DNA of 64,000 nt from Octopus sinensis (Eukaryota): positions 55,366,001 to 55,430,000 of the forward strand of contig NC_043012.1 of assembly GCF_006345805.1 (NCBI RefSeq), written 5' to 3'. The notes beneath the pieces were generated by a model, which did no database searches, was not told where the DNA came from, and saw only the letters and a list, made by a program, of their open reading frames with translations. Positions 26,423 to 41,189 of the stretch are shown here, one piece after another. The position numbers and the translations under genes are program-made. Position 1 is the stretch's first letter. Every line of letters begins with the position of its first letter.

Positions 26423-27170
26423 TCACAAACACATGTATGCATGTATATAAAGCACATCAACATTTTTTTTTCGTCTAGGACCGCTATACGTAAATGTGAT
26501 CCTTTAAAAAATACAGCTTCATCATTTTGTTTGTTTGTTTGTTATTTTTGCTGTTTTTTTTAAAGTTTTTTTGTTCTTCTTTCACATGACATGACATGAC
26601 ATAACACTTTGTATTTTGTCGTAGTTGTTGTTATTGGATTATATGTCATTTTCCATTTTTATATGCATGTTTGTGTGTATATATATAATTATATATATTA
26701 TATATATATATATATAATCTATATATATATATATGTGCGTGTATGTATGTACGTCTGTGTGGTTTTGGGGGGGGTTAAGAACATGATGGCTAACTTTCTT
26801 TTCCCTTCTTTTTTTTGGGGTTTCTTTTATATTATTATTTTCCTTAAAATAAGCTTTATATATTTTTTAATTATTTTTTTATGGGTGATGAAGGGAACGT
26901 TGATGGGTGAGGTAAGTGGGTGTGTTTGGGCATTTTTTCTTATGATTTGTTGGCTTTTTTGTTTATTTTCCGTTTAATTTTTCTCTCCGTTTTTCTTTTT
27001 CTCTTTTTGTTTTTGTTTTGTCATAATTGTTAATAATGATAATCATTGTTTTTGGTCCAATATTCCCCAGGAGACAAACACAACACTGTTCATTTCAAAA
27101 CTCTCTTATATCACAGTTAAATAGAATCCTGGGTTTACGAAAATTCAGTACAATAATGTTTAATAAACGA

Positions 27171-27205
<35 letters not shown>

Positions 27206-27502
27206 CACATATACACACAGACACACACGCATATATGCGACAATTCATTTTCATTCGCTGTGGATTTTGATGTTATTGTTGATGTTCGTGTTCATTCATT
27301 TTTTAAAAGATAATTAATGTTTTTTCATTTGTTTTATTCATCTTATTGTTTTTTTTAAATTAATATTTCAGTTTCCTGGTAGATGCTGGAGGATATATTT
27401 CCCCTGCCTCTCTTTCTGATTAGAATCAAAATTGTCCATCTATTTATATAGTGTCCAGTATGTATGTATGTATGTATGTATGTATGTATGTATGTATGTA
27501 TG

Positions 27503-27602
27503 NNNNNNNNNNNNNNNNNNNNNNNNNNNNNNNNNNNNNNNNNNNNNNNNNNNNNNNNNNNNNNNNNNNNNNNNNNNNNNNNNNNNNNNNNNNNNNNNNN
27601 NN
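27503..27602. other. Assembly gap (100 N)
   Basis: Directly visible. Confidence 1.
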
Positions 27603-27804
27603 ACATATATAAATATATATATATTTATTTATATATATATATATGTAGATATATATGTATGTATATATGTATATATATGTGTGTGTATGTGTGTGTGTGT
27701 GTGTACGTACGTATGTGTATAGATACATATATACGTGCTGATCCAAATATAAATGTATATATATCTTTATGTATGTGTGTGTGTGTGTGTTTGTGTGTGT
27801 GTAT

Positions 27805-30800
27805 GCGCGCGCGCGCGTATGTATTATGTACACACACGCATAAATACACATGGTTTTAGTGAAGACAGATGTTAATCTAGCGCGAAAATTAATAGTTCCC
27901 ACGTGACCAACCTACCTAGATATTAACCCAATTACTTTAGCCATATATCTCTTGCTTTTGTTTTTATTTTTATTTTTCATTATTTTTGTTTGTTTTCTTT
28001 TTTTGCCAGCTACAACTATATAAGTTGCTGATGGTGTTGTTCCCGTTGTTATTGTTGGTGGTGGTGTTGCTGCCGCTGCGTCAGATGTTGCCGCAGGTCA
28101 GCTTTGATCCAAGAGACCAAAATAATCAAAGCTTTCCTAAACTTTGACAATTCCGGATTTTTTTCTTTTTAGTTTTAATTTAAAAAAAGAATTTTTTACA
28201 TCTTCAACCAAAGAATCGATACACTTGAGGCAGCACCAAATTTCAAACCTGAAATTTACAGACCTATTTCATAAAAAAAAATTTGCTTTTTTGCGAATTT
28301 CAGCAGCAAATTGTGTTGCGAAGTAACCCAAAATGTTTTCCAGTGTTCAAAGGTTCTCAACATCTTTATTTTTAATTTCTTTAAGAAATGGTTATGATTT
28401 TCGTAATTTACCTGAAAATCTTGATTTGTGTGGAAAATTTCAAATCGATCGGATCTGGTGTGTCAAACCGAAAATATCTACCCTTGTGTTCAAATCTCGG
28501 CGAAGTCAAATTTGCTTTTCGTCCTTTTTATCAGCTGTGTTGCTGGTGTAACTCTCTCTTCTTTCCAGGTTTTACGTTTTGGATATTCCGCTGGATCGAG
28601 TGTACAAGGGTTGAGCAGGTGTCCCCGTCTACACGCAACAACATAGGTATTTTTCGGTGCCTTTGCAGTCGCAAGCTCCCCAACCCTTTTGACCCAGCGG
28701 CACATCCAGTACATGGCACCTGATGCAAGAGAGAACAGCACCAGCACTCTGGTACTCGTTTTCGGCAGAGTAGACTGGTACAACGTGAAATGAAGTGTCT
28801 TGCTCAAGGACTCTAGGTAGCAGCCACTTCAGAAATTGAAACCATGATGTTTTGTCCGTGAGCCGAACACCTCTAACCACTAGGCTATGTGCCTTAACTA
28901 TAAAAATATATGAAAAAAATGATGATGTGGTAAGAATTTTGCTTTCCAACCACAAGGTTCCGAGTTCAGTCCCACCGCAGGACAGATTGGGAAAATGTCT
29001 TCCATTATAGATTCGGACCAAGCAAAGCCTTGTGAGTGGATTTGGAAGAGAGGAACTGAAAGAAGTCAGTCATGTATTTACGACCGGATGATGAAAAGTT
29101 CCTGGCTTTGGGTAAGAGAAAATACAGGAGGATCAGTTAATTATTATTTTATTCAACATATAATCTCCTCTCAGATTCAAACACTTATTGCAGCGGCCCT
29201 TCTGTTTTTTCTTCTAAGCCCTGTAAAAGAACCAGGCTTTTCGCGATACCCTTAAGGCCATTAACATTTCAGCAGCTCTTCGTGTGTGTGTGTGTGTGTG
29301 GTGTGTGTGTGTGTGTCGTGTGTGGTGTGTGTGTGTGGTGTGTGTGTGTGTGTGTTGTGTGTGTGTGTGCGCGCGCGCGCGTATGTATTATGTACACACA
29401 CGCACAAATACACATGGTTTTAGTGAAGACAGATGTTAATCTAGCGCGAAAATTAATAGTTCCCACGTGACCAACCTACTAGATATTACCCAATTACTTT
29501 AGCCATATATCTCTTGCTTTTGTTTTTATTTTTATTTTCATTATTTTTGTTTGTTTTCTTTTTTTGCCAGCTACAACTATATAAGTTGCTGATGGGTTGT
29601 TCCCGTTGTTATGTTGGTGGTGGTGTTTGTGTTGCTGCCGCTGCGTCAGATGTTGCCGCAGGTCAGCTTTGATCCAAGAGACCAAAATAATCAAAGCTTT
29701 CCTAAACTTTGACAATTCCGGATTTTTTTCTTTTTAGTTTTAATTTAAAAAAAGAATTTTTACATCTTCAACCAAGAATCGATACACTTGAGGCAGCACC
29801 AAATTTCAAACCGAAATTTACAGACCTATTTCATAAAAAAAAATTTGCTTTTTTGCGAATTTCACAGCAGCAATTGTGTTGCGAAGTAACCCAAAATGTT
29901 TTCCAGTGTTCAAAGGTTCTCAACATCTTTATTTTTATTTCTTTAAAATGGTTATGATTTTCGTAATTTACCTGAAAATCTTGATTTGTGTGAAAATTTC
30001 AAATCGATCGGATCTGGTGTGTCAAACCGAAAATATTCTACCCTTTGTTCAAATTCTCGGCGAAGTCAAATTTGCTTTTCGTCCTTTTTATCAGCTGTGT
30101 TGCGGGTGTAACTCTCTCTTCTTTTTCCAGGTTTTACGTTTTGGATATTCCGCTGGATCGAGTGTACAGGGTTGAGCAGGTGTCCCCGTCTACACGCAAC
30201 AACATAGGTATTTTTCGGTGCCTTTGCAGTCGCAAACTCCCCAACCCCCCAACCCTTTTGACCCAGCGGCACATCCAGTACATGGCACCTGATGCAAGAG
30301 AAGAACCCACCAGCACTCTGGTACTCGTTTTCGGCAGAGTAGACTGGTACAACGTGAAATGAAGTGTCTTGCTCAAGGACTCTAGGTAGCAGCCACTTCA
30401 GAAATTGAAACCACACAATGTTTTGTCCGTGAGCCGAACACCTCTAACCACTAGGCTAATGTGCCTTAACTATTAAAAATATATGAAAAAAATGATGATG
30501 TGTAAGAAGTTTGCTTTCCACCACAAGGTTCCGAGTTCAGTCCCACCGCAGGACAGATTGGGAAAATGTCTTCCATTATAGATTCGGACCAAGCCAAGCC
30601 TTGTGATTGGATTTGGAAGAGAGGAACTGAAAGAAGTCAGTCCATGTATTTACGACCGGATGATGAAAAGTTCCTGGCTTTTTGTAAGGAAAATTACAGG
30701 AGGATCATTTAATTATTATTTTATTCAACATATAATCTCCTCTCAGATTCAAACACTTATTGCAGCGGCCCTTCTGTTTTTTTTCTAAGCCCTGTAAAAG

Positions 30801-30850
30801 AACCAGGCTTTTCGCGATACCCTTAAGGCCATTAACATTTCAGCAGCTCT

Positions 30851-30853
<3 letters not shown>
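27805..30853. repeat. Tandem duplication, period about 1.56 kb (27805-29282 and 29369-30853)
   Basis: Near-identical units bounded by (GT)n/(GC)n tracts; differences are mostly 1-bp indels. Confidence 0.95.
29081..29282. mobile_element. Mariner-type MITE inside a family-B SINE (duplicate at about 30652-30853)
   Basis: Degenerate TIRs CGACCGGATGATGAAAAGTTCCTGGCTTT / CGAAGAGCTGCTGAAATGTTAATGGCCTT; left TA flank. Confidence 0.55.
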
Positions 30854-30945
<92 letters not shown>

Positions 30946-31554
30946 TGCGTGCGTGTGTGTGTGTGTGTGTTTGTGTTTATTCCCCGATAATGCTTGGCAA
31001 CCGATGTTGGTGTGTTTAAGTTCCAGCAACCTAGTAGTTCGGCGAAAGAATCTAATAGAATAAGTACTAGGTTTTTTTTTTTTTTAAGTACTGGGGGTCG
31101 ATTCCTGTGACTAAAATTCTTCGCGGAGTGCCCCAGCATGGCTGCAGTCCAATGACTGAAACAAGTAAAAGATAAAAGGCAATATTCATTGACATACAAA
31201 GAAATATTGTTTTAAGGTTTAAAGTAATTAATTACATCTCATTAATTTGTTGGATTAATTGATTAATGACTTCCAAAACACTGTAATCCAATCCACCAAC
31301 AACTAATTAGAATCTTTCTACACACGCTTTGAGAGGCTCTTGACGTTGTTGCACCTTATCGCTTTGGCGAACAGATATCGATCTCTGTACTCTTCTTTTT
31401 ATAAGTCTGGTATTTATTTTATCAGTCTTTTCACGAACCACTTCGTTAAAGGGCGTAAAAAAACCAACAATTGTTATATGATAGGGAGTTGAGGTAAGAT
31501 ATCATGAAAAAATATAAGGCAAAAACTTTCATTTAAGTTTTCTTTTATTCTTTT

Positions 31555-31720
31555 ATTTGTTTCAGTCATTTGACTGCGGCCATGCTGGAGCACCGCCTTT
31601 AGTCGAGCAAATCGACCCCCAAGACTTATTCTTTGTAAGCCTAGTGCTTATTCTACTGGTCTCTCTTTGCCGAACCGCTAAGTTAGGGGGACGTAAACAC
31701 ACCAGCATCGGTTGTCAGGC
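31555..31720 (-). mobile_element. SINE family B, 3' tail
   Basis: Near-identical to 60700-60850. Confidence 0.85.
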
Positions 31721-31775
31721 TATGTTGGCAGTTCGATAATGTGCACTCCTCAGAGTAGCGAGAGGTGTTGTTCTT

Positions 31776-31820
<45 letters not shown>

Positions 31821-31824
<4 letters not shown>

Positions 31825-31990
31825 GTGCGTAAGATATTTGAGGACAGATTTATGTTTATAAAGAACAGATATATAATAACAAATAAAAACTTTATTTATC
31901 AAAAAATGCTATGAGGTTAAAAATAAACCTTCTTTCCTATAATGTTATTCAATAAATCCACCTTCAGCTTCAACAACTGCTTCTATATGA
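31821..31990 (-). mobile_element. 3' end fragment of a second maT-like Tc1/mariner element
   Basis: TA|CAGAGTGCG terminus after (TA)n; minus strand 31945-31983 encodes EAVVEAEGGFIE*, matching the C-terminus EAVVEANDDFIE* of the 14.4 kb transposase. Confidence 0.65.
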
Positions 31991-33174
31991 GATTATTCCG
32001 AGGGAAAATAGTTTCCCTTTATTTCTTTGCGGCAAATTTGATTAAGAAGCAATTAAAAACACGAAAATGGTAAGATTTATTAAATTAATCAATTAATTAT
32101 ACGGCGGTCTATAAACATTTTAGTAGTGTCTTAACCAATAATCTTTCAATAAATTAATGTTTTGAGACATCTCAAATGCAAGTAAAAATCGAAGAGTATA
32201 AATAAAAAAAATTTACTAAAATATTGTTCATATCAATAGGATTAAATTGATTTAGAATCAATAAAGCATGATAGATTTCTGAAAAGTTAATCTTTCGATG
32301 TCGGTACATAAAATGACCGACTATAATGTGAATGATGGTTTCAAGAATTTACTTGGCGTCGTTTCCACAATCATAAAATATTCATGTCGTTCATCTGTTA
32401 CATCAGATATTACTATCCTTTTGTGATTATTTTATTTCAGTTTAGAGATTGTAGCAAAATAAATAAAGGAAGAAAGAATATCGTTATTTTTTATATCGTA
32501 CAAAGAATAACAGATAAATATTATTTTCCTTTGTAATCATATTATTTCACTTTCAGGATTGTAAGAAACAGAAATTATATATAGACGTAGATAAATCATG
32601 TACCTTTTCCTTGCAATTTGTTGCCGATTAATAGCAATTAGGTTTAGGGTTTTCCCTATAACTGCTACACTTTGTAGTCGGCCATTTTATGTGCCTATAT
32701 CGAAAGATTATGAACAAATAAACAAAATACATCGTTGATGAAAAAAGATCTCTACTTGTTGATTAAGAAAATTATATGGATTAATATGCTGAAAAAATAA
32801 CCTATATCTGAATCGATCGAATTAATAGATATATAAGATACACAGGAATTCTAAAACGACAAAAATTATCTGAGAGGTTATAGATAACAAGGTATACATG
32901 ACAGCTAAATGTGTAAAATATAGGACAGAAGTATTATTAAATAAGAAGAAAAAAAGGAATGAAAATTGTTTCGGTTAATGAAATTAGGATGCGAATATCA
33001 GACGAAATATATACGGTGTTATAGTGAGAAAATCCCCTGTGTAGATAAAAATGAACCGTCTATAGGAAGTTTTATTAACATTTAGGTGAAATTCTCAAGG
33101 GAAAATTTATAAGCTATTAGTCATAAAAAAATTGGCTAAAAATTTTTTATGGAATTATAAGTGCGTGTGTGTAC

Positions 33175-33221
<47 letters not shown>

Positions 33222-33366
33222 CGTGCGTGAAAAATGGTAGTTCCTATGAGGTTATATTGTAATACAACTAAAATGTTCGTGTAATAAATATCTTGCATAT
33301 AAATGCGCAGGGAATAACATAAATCTGTAAAAAAATACGTTTCGTGAAGGTTGTACAAACGAGAGT

Positions 33367-33401
33367 GTATACATACATACATACATACATAATACATACA
33401 T

Positions 33402-33438
<37 letters not shown>

Positions 33439-33644
33439 TACATACATACATACATACATACATACATACATACATACATACATACATACGTACGTACATA
33501 CATACATACATACATACATACATACTTACATACAAACATACATACATATATACATACATACATACATACATACATACACACACACATACATACATACACA
33601 CATACATACATACATACATACATACATACAAGCATACATACAAG

Positions 33645-33676
<32 letters not shown>

Positions 33677-33790
33677 CATACATACACACATACATGCATG
33701 CATGCATACATACATACATACATACATACATACATACATACATACATACATACATACATACATACATACATACATACATACATACATACG
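33367..33790. repeat. Long (TACA)n microsatellite
   Basis: Directly visible. Confidence 0.95.
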
Positions 33791-34338
33791 TAGATACATG
33801 GGATTTTCAGAAAAAGTAAAACGTACACGAATACCACAAGGAATACTGGTGGAACATTCCCATCAAAGCATCTGTGAAGTGGAAGCATAAGAGGCCAGAT
33901 ATTATTGTTTGGGGCAGACGAGCGAAAATATGTACCGTCATAGAGGGCAGGGCGGCTGTCCTGCTGATGTGAAAATCTCTTTGGAAATCAAAGAGTAAGA
34001 AGATAACCATCGACAACTGCTTCGAAACTTCCAGTTTCTTTATCCGGATTACAAATTTAGATTTATACCAATAATAATTGGAGCACTTGATTTCGTAAGT
34101 AAATGTCTAACTGTCAGTCTTGATAAGCTTGGGTTTTCAGAAAAAGAAATCAACCGATTTGCACATTACGAATACAATCTGTAAGCGGAACAGTAAAACT
34201 ATGCAAGACTTTTCTCATGTTTAAAATGTGACATCGTTTTCGTCATATACATTCCGACGATGGAGCTTTGTATGTTTGTTTGAAAGCAGCTCCTTCTTCA
34301 GAGGAAGAATTTACATGATTAAAAACTGAGGAGACATA

Positions 34339-34867
34339 CCGTAAATCCTCGAGTATAATCGCATTCCTCCCCCACCCCAAAAAAATTTAAAGGTCAAAAT
34401 CACTAGTGCGTACTATATACGAAGTTAACAATGAAAAATATTTTCTAAGCAATGTCCGAGTCTCTATTTGCAGTCCGGCAATGTTTATTCAGACGCATTT
34501 TGTGATGTCGGGTGCGAAGATACCTTAAGCTAAGCCTGAAAGCAATGAAGTCATAAAAGAATCATCTATAACTTGCAGTAAGCAACATTTATTAAAATAA
34601 AAGTATTCAGAACACAGAAAAACATGTAACAAAAACAGTTTGCAAACATATTTACATTCCCATATAACAGTTAAGAGCATCCCCATTATTGTATAACGCA
34701 TGCACGGAAGTGTTTGTTCGACTAGGTGCTGCTGGCTTAATTACGCACGACTCAAGTTAGAGAAAGGGTGCGTATTATACACAAGGTTTAGGTTTTTCAG
34801 AGTTACAGCCTCCTAAAAATCCTCTGCGTATTATACTCAAGGGCGGACTATACTCGAAGATTTACGG
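34339..34867. mobile_element. Tc2/pogo-like MITE, 529 bp
   Basis: TA TSD; 22-bp TIRs CCGTAAATCCTCGAGTATAATC / CCGTAAATCTTCGAGTATAGTC; subterminal repeats TGCGTA(C/T)TATA. Confidence 0.85.
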
Positions 34868-35906
34868 TACATACATGTGTGTGTGTGTATGTGTGTGTGA
34901 ACATTACATATGTCACATACTTAATATATGTGTTTTATTTATATGCTTATTAGCTGCGGAATATCGTCCAGGAAAAGTCACTTTAAGATGTCGAGTGTTA
35001 AAAAAACAATAAATACCCCCAAAAAAACAAGTGAAAATTATCGTCCCAGAGACGAATGAGAACGGTGGACGTGGATATTTCGCTGTTATTTCAGCTCATC
35101 AACAGCGTATACCTGACTCACCTCGAAACGAATTCAGATCGCTAGTCTGAGGTATGCATGCAAATAACGTGAAAAATCTATCTGCTGAGTTGGAACAGCA
35201 CCGCACAAATAAAACAAAATTAAATTTTGAATTAGAATCAGTTCTAATAACACTCAACATCTTAAAGGGACTTTCCCTTGACTAAATTCTGCACGAATAA
35301 GCGTATAGAAAAAACACATGCGTTTAACATGCAACATCGGTAATGTTTAGAGCATTAGAGCTGTTTCCAATTATACATACGTGTATACATACACACACAC
35401 ATACACACACACACACACTCAAATACACACACACGTACACACACATATGTATATGTGTGTGTGTGTGTGTGTATAAATATAATATATAATAATAATATGT
35501 ATATAGATATATATATATAGTATATACTATATATAATAATAGATATATATATATATATAATAATAGTACTTATATAAATATATATATATATATAACATAC
35601 CAAAATGGGACAAGAACGCAAAACATCCGGACAGTTAGGTGATAGAAAAATGGGACACAAAAAACATCCAAATAGGACGATACAAAGAAAACAAGGACGG
35701 GTCATTCGAAGTTTTCTTCCTCAGTCAAGTACCAGATTATCTTCACAATTTCGGCTGATTATACTTGAGATTGCTCCAGTCTGGCCAGCCCCATATATAT
35801 ATTTATATATGTGTGTGTATGTATATATGTTGTATGTATATATTTATATATGTGTGTGTATTATATATGTATGTATGTATATATATATATATCTATATAT
35901 AGATAG

Positions 35907-35941
<35 letters not shown>

Positions 35942-35989
35942 ATAGCATACCTATATAATATTACACACATATACATATACATACATACA

Positions 35990-36025
<36 letters not shown>

Positions 36026-37411
36026 TAATATTTATGCGGATAAAAATTTACTTCCTCCGTTAAGGGAATTCTTCCCTAGGTTTCCGATGTCTTTTATCAT
36101 ACGTTATTTACGAATTTCTTATCATATCCGTATGAATATATGTAACCAAATGATCGTTATAAGAATTAATTCATTAAACGGAGTTCAATAAATGCCATCA
36201 AATAAAATTAAATGAAGCAGCGCCCCTTATTTGGTGTTTCTAGATGAACATACGCAGATCTTTTTTGACCAGTAGGTTAGGGATAAACGAGGGAGATATT
36301 TATTTGGATATGGTAAGGAGGAAGTTAAGAGTAAGCAATCAAAGGAATTAGAAATATAAAAGTTACGCTTTTAGGTCTTAGTCTTGGATTGCATTTCGCG
36401 AGTGTAATGAAGTAAATATTAGAATAATAAAAAAATAAATAAATGTGCCGTTTTTTTAAAGCCTAGCCTGGCTCATGAGCCCGGTTTCCCGATTTCTATG
36501 GCGTATGTGTTCCCCAGCTGGACGGGACGACAGTCCATCGCAGCGTTACTCATTTTTGCCTGCTGAGTGGACTGGAGCAACGTGAAATGAAGTGTTTTGC
36601 TCAAGAACACAACGCGTCGCCCGGTCCAGGAATCGAAACTACAATCTTACGATCCTGGTGCCGACACCCTAACCACTAAGCCATGCGCCTCAAATATTAA
36701 TATTAACATAATGATAACAAAGAAAAAACGGTATTATTTGATTGTTTACACTCGCACGATTTTCCCTAAGAAAAAACCCCAAAAAACTCGGATTTTTTGT
36801 GTGGAATCAAGTACCCTCACCTCCTAATATGTGGCAAACTCCTTATTTTTGTTCGGATTCCCCCCTCCCATATCCCGGAATCATTGGAAATTTTTTTTTT
36901 TTTTTTGACTGAATTCCGATAACCTCCTAATATGCTACAAAACCCTTTTGGAGGCCTCGAAAACGGGGTGGGTAGGGTGGAATCCTGGGAAATTTCACCC
37001 CCACCATTTTCAAATATTTTTTGCTATTTCGTTCTTTACCCATAATTTTAGATAACATTTTGCAGGAATATGTTTTCGAGAGAGTGCGAATTACATTAGA
37101 TGAAAATTCAAAGAAGTTTGAAGCGAATAAGGGAAACTGCAGAGGTTATAGAAGTTACAGTGGTACCGAAGTCAGTGGAGAGATAAAGAATGGTAAATAA
37201 TTATTCTAAAAAAAAAAACACTTTAGTTTGAGTATGTGTATGAAACAAGTAAAAGTATATTAAAACAAAAACATCTTTTTCATACCTCTTAAAATCACTG
37301 GATATAATATATATAATAATCTCGGATATAGAGTTTTTCCTTTACAATTTTTGGCGCCGAAATGTGTTTCATTTTTGTGTCGGGAGAGAGAGTGAGTGAG
37401 AGTGAGTGAGA

Positions 37412-37461
<50 letters not shown>

Positions 37462-37564
37462 GAGTAAGTGGGTGACGAAGTTTACTTAAACATTCAATGG
37501 GTAACAATCATAATTAGATATATATCATTACAACAATCATAATTAGATATATATCATTATACAT

Positions 37565-37796
37565 AAGGCGGCGAGCTGGCAGAAACGTTAGCACGCCGGG
37601 CGAAATGCGTAGCCGTATTTCGTCTGTCGTTACGTCCTGAGTTCAAATTCTGCCGAGGTCGACTTTGCCTTTCATCCTTTCGGGGTCGATAAATTAAGTA
37701 ACAGTTACGCACTGGGGTCGATGTAATCGACTTAATCCCTTTGTCAGTCCTTGTTTGTTCCCTCTGTGTTTAGCCCCTTGTGGGTAATAAAGAAAC
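37565..37796 (+). mobile_element. SINE family A with 16-bp TSD
   Basis: TSD ATATATCATTATACAT at 37549-37564 and 37797-37812. Confidence 0.95.
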
Positions 37797-37809
37797 ATAT
37801 ATCATTATA

Positions 37810-38077
37810 CATCATCATCATCGTCGTCGTCGTCGTTTAACGTCTGCTTTCCACGCTGGCATGGGTTCGACGGTTTGACTGAGGACTGGCAAGCCAGGAG
37901 GCTGCAATGAGACTGCAGTCTGTTTTGGCAAGGTCTCCACAGCTGGATGCCCTTCCTAACACCAACCACTGCGAGAGTGTAGTGGATGCTTTTCAAGTGT
38001 GACTGGCACGGGGGCCAGTCAGATGGCACTGGCATCAATCACGTTCGAATGGCACTTTTTACGTGCCGCTGGCATAC
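37810..38077 (-). mobile_element. Non-autonomous retroposon or LINE 3' end with RTE-like tail ending in (GAC)n(GAT)n
   Basis: Plus strand CATCATCGTCGTTTAACGTC..GCTGGATGCCCTTCCTAAC resembles RTE-type 3' ends; assignment is from recognition only. Confidence 0.55.
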
Positions 38078-38946
38078 TGATGATGTATAATGATATATAT
38101 AATTATGATAGATTGTTACCCATTCAATGTTTAGGTAAACTTCGTCACCCACTCACTCTCTCTTTCTTTCTCTCTCTCTCTCTGAATTTCGGTGACCTCC
38201 TAATAGGAGGTCACCGAATTCAGTCAACGGAAAAAAAATTTCCAATGATTCCGGGATATGGGGGGGGGTCTGTTTCCCCCTCCCTTTTTCCGAACAAAAA
38301 TAAGGGGTTTACTGCGTATTAAGAGGTCAGGGTACTTGATTCCACGCAAAAAATCCGAGTTTTGGGGGTTTTTTTCTTAGTGAAAATCGTGCGGGTGAAA
38401 AGATCAATGAAGTTAGGAGTGAAATTTCCGAGACTTCCACCTCACCATACCCCGTTTTCCGGACCCAAGAAAGGGTTTTGTAGCATATTAGGAGGTCACC
38501 GGAATTTATTCAACAAAAAAAAATTTCTAATGATTCCGGGATAATAATAATGTACTATATATTGTGTTGCGTGTCGAACGAATACGAAAGGGGGTACACA
38601 GTAAATGCTTTAGTGTATATGGTTTGTTGAAACTGAAAGTATAATCTTACGACTCGAGTTTCATGCAGCTGCGCTCCTCAGTCGAAGATCATAGTGATAT
38701 AAAACTCGAGTCACAAGATAAATACTCATTTATATAAACTCTGTGTACGCGCGCACATTCGCGTATACATATACACACGCAGTGTATACAAATATACAAT
38801 TGAAATGATAATATATATAGAAAAAAATTAAGATATCGTGTAACTGTTCCTTTTTTACCAAAATATAACAAAGAAGCTTATTTTACAGTCAGGAATTTGT
38901 TTCAAAAACTGTCTAGTTTTCTTTATATAAATAAATAAATAAATAA

Positions 38947-39011
<65 letters not shown>

Positions 39012-39416
39012 ACTAAATTATTTCTTTGTAATTTTTTTTTGAATGCTGTCGGCATTTTATTAAAAATAACATATTAACTTTTATAAACCACATTTTACTC
39101 CATATACATTGTCTCTTACCAGTTATCACGGTTATTTTCCAACTTCGAAATTTAGGGATTTTGTTTTTATGTTCTTAACCAGTTAGGGTGCCAATTAGCG
39201 CAGCCATTATACCTTTGGATACAATGACGTGCAGTTTTTGTTCCGACTTTTCCCTCTCGAGTTCAAATCCCACCATGGTTGGTTTTTGCCTTTTATCCCC
39301 TCGGAGTCGATAAACTAAATACCAGCTGTCCTCAGGGGTTGATATAATCGACTTAGCCCCTCCTCCACAAATTCAGACTTTGTGTCAAGATTTGAAACCA
39401 TATTAGAAGTGACGTA

Positions 39417-39728
39417 TTTAATGGATAAATGGATTATTGAATGTTACTATAACATTACGACATTTCACAGTTGAGTGAGAGATATCACGTGATACAATAG
39501 ATACATACCCAGCCACGTCACTGCATCAGTCGTATTTCTCATTTCAATACTGAACCGAGGTTGCCTGTATTATTATTATTTTTTATTATTTGTTTCAGCC
39601 ATCGATTGCGGCCATACTGGGGAACCGCTTTGAAGGGTTTAGTCGAGCATATCACCCCACTCCAACCCAAGTACTTAATTTCTTGAATTCTGTTATAGTA
39701 ACATTCAGTAATCCATTTATCCATTGAA
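39417..39728. mobile_element. MITE with about 38-bp TIRs, containing a family-B SINE tail fragment
   Basis: AATGGATAAATGGATTA(T/C)TGAATGTTACTATAACA at 39420-39454 and inverted at 39691-39725; TA flanks at 39415-16 and 39729-30. Confidence 0.75.
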
Positions 39729-39916
39729 TAAGCTAATGAGTGGCTTTCTACATTGGGTGTTCACAGTTTCTTTCAAATTACCTTCTGCTGCTTGCAGAAT
39801 GAATTCTGTCGGTAGTGAAATCCAGAGTCAATACTAAAGTCAAGAAAAAAAAATAGTCACAGAAGAAACAACAGACAAAGCTTCACCGGTAAAAATGACA
39901 CGGAGTAGAGTACAGG

Positions 39917-39970
<54 letters not shown>

Positions 39971-41059
39971 GTTTCATACACATGCACAGACACTCTCTCA
40001 CACACACACACATACACACACACACACACATACACACACACACACACACACACATACACACAAACACACACACACTAGTCACTACCAGCCCTCAATCATG
40101 GAGTCACATGGCTTAGTGGTTAGGGTATTGGACTCATGATTGTGAGTTCGATTCCTGGGTCAAGCAATGCGTTGAGTTCTTTAGCAAAACACTTCATTTT
40201 GCGTTGATCCAGTCCATTTAACTGGCAAAAATGAGGAAAATCTTACGACAGACCGGCTTACCGTTCAGAGGGGGACATATTCGCCACGGAAACCGAAAAA
40301 TCGGTCTTATAAATTTATATATCTCGGCAAGTAGCTTTATCCTTTTTTTTATCTATTTCAATCTGCCATACCATAATCCCAGCCATAAACCTAATTCTAA
40401 TCTCAAACATGAACTAATCCGAATCCCTAGCCATAAACTAACTCTTTATCTTATCTAATCCAAACTCTAGGCATAAACTAAATCTAATGTAAACCTTGAT
40501 CCTACTTTAACCACAACCCTAACCGTAACACTATGCCTTGTCCATAACCTACAAACTGCTGTTAAGTTCCTTTCTTAAACAGAAGGTCTAGAAGTATTCA
40601 ACTTTTGAAGAGCATCCAACAGACCACGAAACATGCCACGATAATCCAAGCTCTTTCTTTTTTAGTGTGAAAAGTGAATAATTAAAAGTATTCACGTCTG
40701 TTTACTTTCCACAGTATAGGCGTTACAAACTGCAGACCTTTATATTAAATATGATTTAGAATTACAAATACACGCTGTTTGTACATAAAATATTTAGTTA
40801 ATATATGACCGCTCTGCCAAAGAAGTCATGATATTCACGCAAATCTAGCCATTATAGACAGATCTAGGTCGTGTCTGATTTAAACAGCGATTGATATCAA
40901 GTTCTCTCCTAATAAGCCAACCACATTAAATTTATCTAGTAAACCTAAGCGATTTTTACTTTAACTTTTTTTCTTTTTCTCGGCGCTGTGAGACTTGGAT
41001 AATGTAAAGAAACGTCTGTTGTTATTTCTCTCAGCAAATATGAATGTATATGTAGCTAC

Positions 41060-41060
41060 T

Positions 41061-41140
<80 letters not shown>

Positions 41141-41156
41141 TGTAAATATATATGTG

Positions 41157-41189
<33 letters not shown>

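Noticed and set aside
26560-27420. Unusual T-rich, strand-biased sequence
   Set aside because: Adjacent to the N gap and full of inflated homopolymers; probably low-quality sequence.
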